In this document: positions 55,680 to 64,000 of the stretch, one piece after another | Layout of the letters: the number at the start of each line of letters is the position of its first letter | Position numbering within the stretch: position 1 is the stretch's first letter | Origin: the human T2T-CHM13v2.0 reference genome, Homo sapiens | Assembly (NCBI RefSeq): GCF_009914755.1 | Contig: NC_060945.1 | DNA: 64,000 nt | Strand: one strand, 5' to 3' | The notes under the pieces: model-generated | What the model saw: the letters and a program-made list of their open reading frames with translations, nothing else | Databases searched by the model: none | Told to the model about the DNA's origin: nothing | Program-made: the position numbers and the translations under genes

Positions 55680-58600
55680 ACAAGCTTTGGAGAAAGAACT
55701 CCCTCCTCTCAATAGATGGTGCTGGGATAAAACGGCTAGCCAGTTGCAGAAGAAAAACAGTGGGCCCCTGTGTCTCACCATGTACAGAAATTAACGCAAG
55801 ATGAATGAAAGCTGTAAATGCAAGACCTCAAACTATTAAAAGCCTGCAAGGGAACCTAGGAAACACACTTCCTGACAGAGGATTTGGCACAGCATGGATA
55901 TGCCTAAGTCCCCAAAAGCAAGTGCAACTAAAACAATTATTGACAAGTGGGACCTAATATATAAAAGAGCTGCTGAACAGCAGAAGAAATTACCAACAGA
56001 GTAAACAGAAAGCCTATACAATGGGAGAAAATGTCCCCACATATGCATCTCATGAAGTCTGATTTCCAGGATCTACCTCAAAAATGTTAAGCAAATAAAT
56101 CAGCAAAACAAAAACTCAGTGAAGAAAGGGCAAAGGGCATGAAAACACACATCTCAAAGGAAGGTTTATAGCAACCAACGGACAGGACATTTCTCTACCT
56201 CAGTATTCATCAGAGAAATGCAAAGCAAAAGGCCCATGAGATAGTATTTCACACTGGTCAGAATGACAATTATGACACAGTCCACAAGAATGAATGCCAG
56301 CGAGGCAGAGGAGGAGAGGATGCTGGTCTGCTGTTGGTAGAAATGCAAACTAGTTCAGACACCATGGAAAACGATGTGGGGATTTCTCAAATAACTTTCT
56401 CGACATCACCAATCCTCACAAAAATGTCCACAAAAACCACACTAAGAGTCCATCTCATTCCACTCAGAATGAATACTACCAAAGACAAACAAAACACAAA
56501 TTTTTAAAGGTGACAGCCAGTGTAGACTTACAGAAGAGAAACCTCTTAAATGCTATTGGTGGGGATGTAAATTAGTATACACACTATGAAAAACAGCTAG
56601 AGGTTCCTGAAAAAATTCACAGTACAACTACCATGTCAGCTAGAAGCCCCATCACTGGTTCCACAATTAAAGCACTTGAAATCCCTAGGTTGAAGAGAGT
56701 TACCTGCCTTCCCATGGGTACTAAAGCACCCCTAACTGTGGTCAAGGTACAAAACCAACCTACCTGTCCGTACACAGCTTCAGGGATGAAGAAACTGCCA
56801 TACAGATACACCACGGAATATGTTTCAGCCATAAAGCTTTGGGAAATCCTGCCATCTGCAGCCACATGAAGAAACCTGGAGAACATCAGGTCCAACAAAT
56901 GAGCCTGGCAGAGAAAGTCCCATGCCACGTGATCTCAGACATGTAGACTGAAAAAAGCTTTATCTCCTAGAAGTAGAAAGTTCAATAGGGATTACCAGAG
57001 GCTGCTGGGGAGGTGGAGAGGGTCGGGGAAGGAATCAGTAATGGGTACAAAGTTACTCTTAGATGACAGTAATCAATTCTGGTCTTCTATTCTACAGCAG
57101 GGTGACTAGCCTTAATACAAATGTATCATATATTTCAAAGTAGCTAGAAGGAAAGATTCTGAATGTTGTTACCACTCAAAAAGTAGTAACTATGAGGTGA
57201 AGAGATGCTAAATAACTTGATTTTTTCATTACTCAACATATACATGTATCGAAATCTTCCTTGTACCCTCTACTTATATACACTTAGTGTATGGTAAATA
57301 ATGTTTTAAGAAATACAAAGAAACAATGCCAAAATTTATGTGGAAATACGAAACACCCTGAATTTCTAAAGCAATCCTGAGAAATACAAACCATATGGGC
57401 TGCATCACATTCCCTGAGTTCTAATTAAACGAAAATCCCTAGTTAACCAATCCATATGTTACTGGCATACACAGAGAAACACAGACCAGTGAGCAAAATG
57501 AGAGCGCTCAATAATAAACACAAACTTACACAGAGTGAACACATTTTTCAAAACACCACCAAAACAACACAATGGGGAAGGTTTCCAAAACTAGATATCC
57601 ATATGCAAAAGAATAATACAGGACTCTTGTGGTACTAAATAATACAGGACTCTTGTGGTACCAAAAAAAACACTTTAACTCAAAAGGATTAAAGATTATT
57701 CACAAAACTTGCAACCATAAAGCTCTTATAAACACAACCTCGAGTGTGTGTATATTTAGGGAAGCTTGGATGTATGCTCACGGTTTGCAAAAAGTGTGGT
57801 ACTAAATAATACAAATAGTGTGTACTAAATAATAAAAAATATTTTTATTTTGTATTATTTTGTATTTATACTAAATAATACAAAATATATTTAGTGTACT
57901 AAATAATACAAAAAGTGTGGCACTAAATAATACAGAAATAATTCACAAAACTTGCAACCATAAAGCTCTTATAAACACAACCTCGAGTGTGTGTATATTT
58001 AGGGAAACTTGGATGTATGCTCACAGTTTGCAAAAAGTAACAAAAATACAAGGGAAAAATCACTGACAATGGACTGCTTTGGCACTGATTTTGTTTTTTC
58101 TTGATTAGTAAACAATAGCACACTAACCAAGAAATTATACACATGTGGGACCTCATCAAACTGAAGAATTTGTGCCCAAAAAAGGAAAGAACGAACAAAA
58201 TGAAAAGGCATACTAAAACTTATAAGAAAAGTTTGGGCAAACATACAGTGGATAACAGGTTACTTTTGAAAAGGCACAAGCCAGTAACACTAACAGCTGG
58301 CAAAAAAACAAAACAACAGAGAAATAACCAGACCAAAATTGGGCAAATAACCTGAGTAGATATTTGTGCAAAGAAGACAGAAAACAGATTCAACATTTAT
58401 AAAAACGTGGTTAACATTACTACTCATGAGAAAAATGTAGATAAAAACCACTCTCAGATCTTATCTCACTCCAACTAGAATGAACATCACAAAAAGATTA
58501 AAATATTTAAAAAGAAAATTCCAAGTATGAATTTCCAGAAAGGGGGACTGTTTGTGGAAATGTAAATTGGTATTAACACTATAAAAAACAGTTGGGGGTC

Positions 58601-60590
58601 CTGCAAACAATAGAAAAAAAAAAAGGAAATACCATACCATCTAGCAGTCCCACTACTGGCTATACATTCAACCTACCTGTTCACCCACAGATAAAGAGAT
58701 CAAGAAACTCTCATATACATACACTGGGGAATATTCTTCGGCTATCAGAATAATCAAACAGTGTCATTTAGAGCAACCCAGATGAACCTGGAAAACATTA
58801 TGTTAAATGTGATGAGCTAGGCCTAGAAAGACAAACACTGCATGATACCACTCATGTGAAATCTTAAGATGTTTATCTTAAAGAAGTAGAAAGCACAATA
58901 TTGGTTACCAGAGTCCGGGAGACAGAAGGGGAATGGAGAAGGATTGGTTATGGAAACAAAGTTATCTTAACATTAAAAGAATAAATCTGAGTGTTCTCCT
59001 CAGCCTGGTGACTGGACTTAACCGTATTACATTTTTCTAAAGAGCAAGGAGAATTTTGAATGTTCTCTTTACACAAAAATAATACCTGTATGAGGGAATA
59101 GAGATCCTAAGTACCCTGATTTGATCATTACCCAATATATATGTATAAAAATGTACCCCTAATTATGGCCCTTTATGTTGTAAAAAAATTAACAGAAATA
59201 AATACATAGTGCTAAAAATCACAGGGAACCACAAAAGCAATGAATATCTAAAGGAATCTTGAGAAATACAATCAAAGTGAGAACCCATAATCCTTGATAT
59301 CAAATTAAATTGCCAAGTTGTAGTTATGCAGTAGATATATGGTACTTGCATAAAAAGAAATACCTAGAACTATGGACAAAAACAGGGAGGACAAAAACAA
59401 CACAAATATGGACACAGTCAACTGACTTTGATAAAGAACACCACAACGTGGAAGGCAGAGTCTGATCAATGAATAGCTTTGAGAAAAATGATATCCGGAT
59501 GCAAAAGCGAGAAACAGGACCCTTATTTTACACGATGGATGAAAATCAACCGCCCCCCCCATCAACTGAAGGCCAAAACAAAATACCATAAACCACAAAA
59601 TGTTTTTTAAAAAATTACTGTGTTTACTTAAGTAAAACACAGGTTGAGCATATATTTTGGGTCACTTGAATCTCTGTTAACCTTTGCAAAGAGGAAAAGA
59701 AACAAACACCCTGGAAGAAAAACCTCACTGAAAATTAAATGCTTTGTTACTGATGCATATTTTCTAATATGGGTGACCATTATGACACGCATAAAACGCA
59801 AAAAAAAAAAAAAAAATATGGGACTACATCAACGTGAAAAGTTTCTGCATAGCAAAGAAAACTACTTTCCAAATAAAAAAGCATCCCATAGATTATGCAA
59901 AAATTTCAGGCAATCATGTAATTCACGAGGAGTTGTCAACTAACGTGTACACAAAAAAGAGTACAAAGTAGAAAAAGAATCCAATCTAATATTTCGCAAA
60001 TAACCTGAAGAGACAATTCTGCACAGATATAAAATCGAACAACAGATAAGAGATAAGGTCCTCAAAATTAACTATTCAATAGAATACTGTAATTCAAAAC
60101 CACACGCAGATAGTCTCACACTTATTGAATATTCCTAGAAAAATTTTTTAAAAATAGGAGGGTCTGGGAGCCGTGGCTCACGTCTGTAATCCCAGCACTT
60201 TGGGAAGCCAAGGCGGGTGGATCACCTGAGGTCACGAGTTTCAGACCAGCCTGACAAATATCGTGAAACCCCGTCTCTACTAAAAATAAAAATACAAAAA
60301 TTACCCGGGCGTGGTGGCGGGCGCCTGTAGTCCCAGCTACACAGGAGAATTGCTTGAAACCGGGAGGTGGAGGTTGCAGTGAGCCGAGATGGCGCCACTG
60401 CCCTCCAGCCTTGGAGACAGAGCGAGACTCCGTCTCAAAATAACAAAAACAAAAACAAATTGGAATGGGGGTTTGGTTTTGGAGAAAGGGGAACTCATAC
60501 ACGGTAGGTGGAAATGAAAATTAGGGTACACACCATGGAAAACAGTTAAATAGCTGGAAACTCCTCAAAGAATTGAAACTACAGATGTCC
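55680..60590 (+). mobile_element. Series of diverged L1 (L1MA / L1PB-type) ORF2-3'UTR fragments
   Basis: aatagatggtgctgggataa, tgacaagtgggacctaat, gggacctcatcaaactgaag; L1MA 3' ends (gaagtagaaag…ttaccagag…caaagtta) near 56970-57300 and 58880-59190. Confidence 0.8.
60161..60459 (+). mobile_element. AluS-type with a short internal deletion, inside an L1 relic
   Basis: ggctcacgtctgtaatcccagcactttggg…cccagctac^acaggagaattgcttg…gagactccgtctc, A-rich tail. Confidence 0.92.
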
Positions 60591-62250
60591 CCTGCTCTAG
60601 CGAGGTCTCTTTCTAAAGGTCCTGAGGCATAAAAAATAACCCTAGACCCCAGCTCAGAGGCCCGTGGGGCTCGGAGGGACCCAGTCCAGCGCTTCACCGC
60701 CGGCTCTGGGCCAGGGCGCTCCTATAGGCTGGACGTGGGTCGGACAGGGGCATAGCCTTCCCGGCGGGGGTGTGGACGCTGCCGAGGCCCGGATCCCACA
60801 ACCGCCCCAACGCTGACGACTCGGGCCCAGATGCCCACTTAGAAGTCAGGGCCCGAAAGCAGGGAGCGGCCGGGAAGGAGTAGGGAGACCCAGAGGGTTC
60901 CAGGTGGGGTTCATCCCCCTCCACTTACCGCCGAGGCCTGCCACCTCCTCCACCAACAAACGGAAGCCACCACATCTTCTCCGAGACTCGCTCTGACCAC
61001 GCCGCCGATGCTGCCCGGGCCTCGCACGAAGCGCAGTCTCGGCTTCCGTCGAGGCCTGCATGCTGGCAGCGTCCCTGGCGCCAGGCTGAAGCACCACCCC
61101 CTCTTAAAGGGGCCGCGGCTGGGACTGGGCAGAAGCAGCTTCGGGTTGCACAGGATGAGCGTCTGCCCAGCCCCAGGGGTGGACGAAAGGCCCCCAGTCT
61201 CTCATCCTCCCGGGCTCTAGGGCCCTAGAGGTCGCAGAAGCCCCTCCTGTGACCCCAGCCCCTAAATCGGCTCCCTTTGCCTGAGGAGCGCCCGGGACCT
61301 GCCCCTGCCCTCCTCGGGACCTCAGCTTCACCATCCTCAAAGAAAGCGGCCTGGCTGGAGCTCTGGGGTCCCTCAAGCTCGGCGCCTCAGGATCCAGGGT
61401 GGGCTCCCCTGCCCCTCTGCAGAGGGGGCCCAATAGCCACGGAAAGCTGGGGGCTGGAGGGACAGTCCCGAGGGCAGCAAGGCGTCCTTGGCCTCACCGT
61501 CTACATTCGTCCTGTGGGAGCCCGGGGGCGTCGCTAGGGCCCAGACTCCTGCGGCCTCACCAGGGCTGCCTGGGTCACCGGGCTCCCCAGGAGGCAGGCA
61601 GGGACCCTGGGGTCCAGCGCTGCCCCCACCTCAACTCCATTCAGCGTCAGCATCCGCGAGGGGATCCTGCGGACTGGACCCAGACCCACTCCTTCCTGGG
61701 GAGCGGGACCCGCATCGGTCTCTGTGACACCCAAGGGAGGGGCCGTGCTGACCTCTCCCGGGGATCTGGGGGCGAGGTGGGGGAATCTCGGCCACCTCTT
61801 GAAGCTCGCTGAGCCCCCCACCCCAGAGAGCGCTCAGGAGCAAAGGAAAGGACGGAGAGCCCACACATTTTCTATCTTTCATTTCCGTTTTTTCTTTTTT
61901 CCCCCCTCCAAAATGAAAGACGTGTGTAGCTTTGTCCCCTGTACACCATCCATTCCCCAGGGCCGCTGTGCGGATCCAGCCCGCTGGTTGCCTCTAGAGT
62001 CCTGGGCGCCCGGCGGTCCGCATGCAGCCCGGGGCCTGCCCAGGTGAGGTCTGCGGCCGCCACAGCGCTGAGGTCCCGCTTGGCCGGGGCGCACGGGCCG
62101 CTGGGGATGCTGGCTGCGAGGCTCCGGGGAGGTGGAGCGGGAGGTTGTCCCAGGCCCTGGCTGCAGAGCTCTTGATGTCACGCCTGACACCCTCCATCCA
62201 CCGCCTCGGGGCAGCGCTTCAGAGCCCCGGCAGAGGCAAGAAGTCGATCA
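60590..62250. promoter_or_regulatory. CpG island / candidate promoter
   Basis: Abrupt switch to GC-rich, CpG-dense, repeat-free DNA (e.g. gcggccgc, ccgcgg, ggcgcc). Minus-strand donor GCG|GTAAGT at 60929/60928. Confidence 0.8.
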
Positions 62251-62399
62251 CTTCGTTCTTCATTCGTTGGAAAAATGGAAAAGCACATTATAATCCCTGG
62301 AACAACCACTTCAGAGAAAGAGCAAAAAATTAAAATAGGATTGTAAATGACACACTGAAATAAGTTGATTTTAAAAATGGTAGTCAATGGAAAAACAGG

Positions 62400-62630
62400 A
62401 TCAGAAGACAGGAGAGACAGGGAAAACAAATAAGTTATCTGACTGAAACAGAATTAGAAACTAACAACAGTAAGAAATATTGGACATCTGAAAATATGTG
62501 AAAATTTAACAACCCACCTCTAAATCATTGGATCAAAAAAAATCACAAGATAAATTGGAAAATATTTTGAGCTGCACTCCAGTTTGGGTAACAGACTGAG
62601 ACCTTGTTTCTAAGAAAACAAAACAAACTT
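62400..62630 (+). mobile_element. L1M fragment followed by a short Alu 3' fragment
   Basis: aattagaaactaacaacag…aaattggaaaatattttgag, then ctgcactccagtttgggtaacagactgagacc + A-rich tail. Confidence 0.55.
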
Positions 62631-62669
62631 CAAAAAGCTATAAAATTAAATGCCAACTTTCCCCTTTAC

Positions 62670-63030
62670 CCAAACTATCCGTGGCTCTCCTTTGCCCTCA
62701 GAGTCAAGCCCATGCTTCTCACTGTGGGCTCCAGGACCTAGGTGGCCTGACCAATGCACACCCTATCACGATCTCCTCCTCTGCCCACTTGCTCACGCTG
62801 TCCAGTCACACACACTCTTTATTTTTGCAAATGCCAAGCTCCTGATCACCGCTGGGCCTTTGCCACTGCAGTTCCGCCTGCCAGGACCAGTCTTTCCCTA
62901 GACCTTCCCATTCCTGCCTCTTCCTGGCTTGGCTGCCTCTTTCTGGTGCTTCAGGTCTCAGATCAAATGTCACCTCTTCAGAGAGGACTTCATTGAAATC
63001 TCTGCCTAACACAGCCCGTATCAAGGTCAA
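62670..63030 (+). mobile_element. L2 fragment
   Basis: gggcctttgccactgcagttcc…tcaggtctcagatcaaatgtcacctcttcagagagg, typical of the L2 3' region. Confidence 0.7.
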
Positions 63031-63376
63031 CACTTTTCTCTTTTTAGACTTAGGTTTTGATATAAAGAAGTTTCATAAAAATGACTTGGGCAGCTATCAT
63101 CTGTTTAAAAGGTCTGACTTTGTTGAAATAATTTGGGCTTTCCTGTTCTTTGAGTTTTGATAAAACAACTGTAAAACCATCTGCCTTTTTAAAAAAAATT
63201 GAGATTGATGTATACTTTCTGTTATTACTATTTTTTTACATTCTGTCTCCCAGGCTGGAACACAGTTGCTCGTAGCTCATTGCAGCCTCAAATTACCTTG
63301 CCTTTGTAACAGTAGGTCCTCAGTCACCTTTCTCATCTACAGATGTTGGTTTACTTAAGCTTTCTAATTACTTGGA

Positions 63377-63435
63377 GGTCAGCTTAGCTCAGTGGTTAGC
63401 ACAAGTTGCTAATAAATGCTCGAGTATGAGGGTGC
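63377..63435 (+). pseudogene. Degenerate tRNA-Ile(AAT)-derived relic
   Basis: ggtcagcttagctcagtggttagcacaagttgctaataa resembles the 5' half of tRNA-Ile-AAT (GGCCGGTTAGCTCAGTTGGTTAGAGCGTGGTGCTAATAA); no T-arm or B-box. Confidence 0.4.
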
Positions 63436-64000
63436 AAAGAAAGGGGTAGGGAGGTGCAAGACCCTTGGCTTCAAATGCCCAGTCCCCTACTCATCTGCTC
63501 AGGCCCCTGTCTAGCCTCTGTATCTAAGCCAAACTACATGCCTCCTCCCCTGAGAAGCCCTCTTGGATTTCTCCTGTCCCGTCTTCCCTGCTCTATCCTC
63601 GGGTGAGTGGATCCATCCATCTGCCTCTGTGCTGGGCAGATGCCACTGCTCTCTGCTTTCTGGCTGGACGAGGCAAGGGGGAAGTTGTGTGTGTAGAAGT
63701 CCCCCTAAACCTTGGCCTTTGCCTCATGCCTGGCACATTCAACCTTTGCTGACACCTCCACAGAAATACCAACCTCACCAACATCTGCAGAATGGGCCAC
63801 CAGGGTCTGTCTGGAGCTTGGGTGGGATTTTCACTTGACTACAAATACACACACATACACCCTAGGCTTCCAGGTCTGCATTCTTGGCTGACTCTTCACA
63901 CTTGAGTCCAAGACAGGTCAATGGTTAGTGGCTGGATTTGCAAGCATGTGTGTTTTTGGGCAGGATATCAGCTGGGGCAGTCTGAGAGGAAGCTGTCAAG

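Noticed and set aside
60694-62429. Many overlapping G/P/R/A-rich ORFs
   Set aside because: Expected from stop-codon scarcity in a CpG island. They occur in all frames with no recognisable domain.

Overview
Primate (human or great-ape) pericentromeric, acrocentric-type DNA with no intact protein-coding gene. 1-27,418 is a 42-bp AT-rich tandem satellite (human satellite 1 / HSat1A / SAR) built from mixed higher-order units, mostly 335-bp 8-mers and 502-bp 12-mers. It joins abruptly to a composite macrosatellite (HSat1B / DYZ2-like: AT-rich spacer + antisense Alu + ~560-bp HSATI core) with 8 Alu/core copies at 27,419-44,714. The last copy runs directly into single-copy-like DNA. 44.7-64 kb is ordinary TE-rich sequence: L1s, Alus, a 5'-truncated processed EIF3F pseudogene (48,952-50,007), a nested MaLR/Tigger3b/Tigger2a/MER1B/Alu cluster, tandem L1MA relics and a CpG island (~60.6-62.25 kb). 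The most interesting inference is a minus-strand spliced non-coding transcription unit starting at the CpG island and reading into the macrosatellite, whose repeat unit contains a candidate exon. The array's distal end also looks like its progenitor locus. Repeat families were assigned by eye from recalled consensus sequences and no database search was run. All ORFs other than the EIF3F-derived ones are judged spurious.
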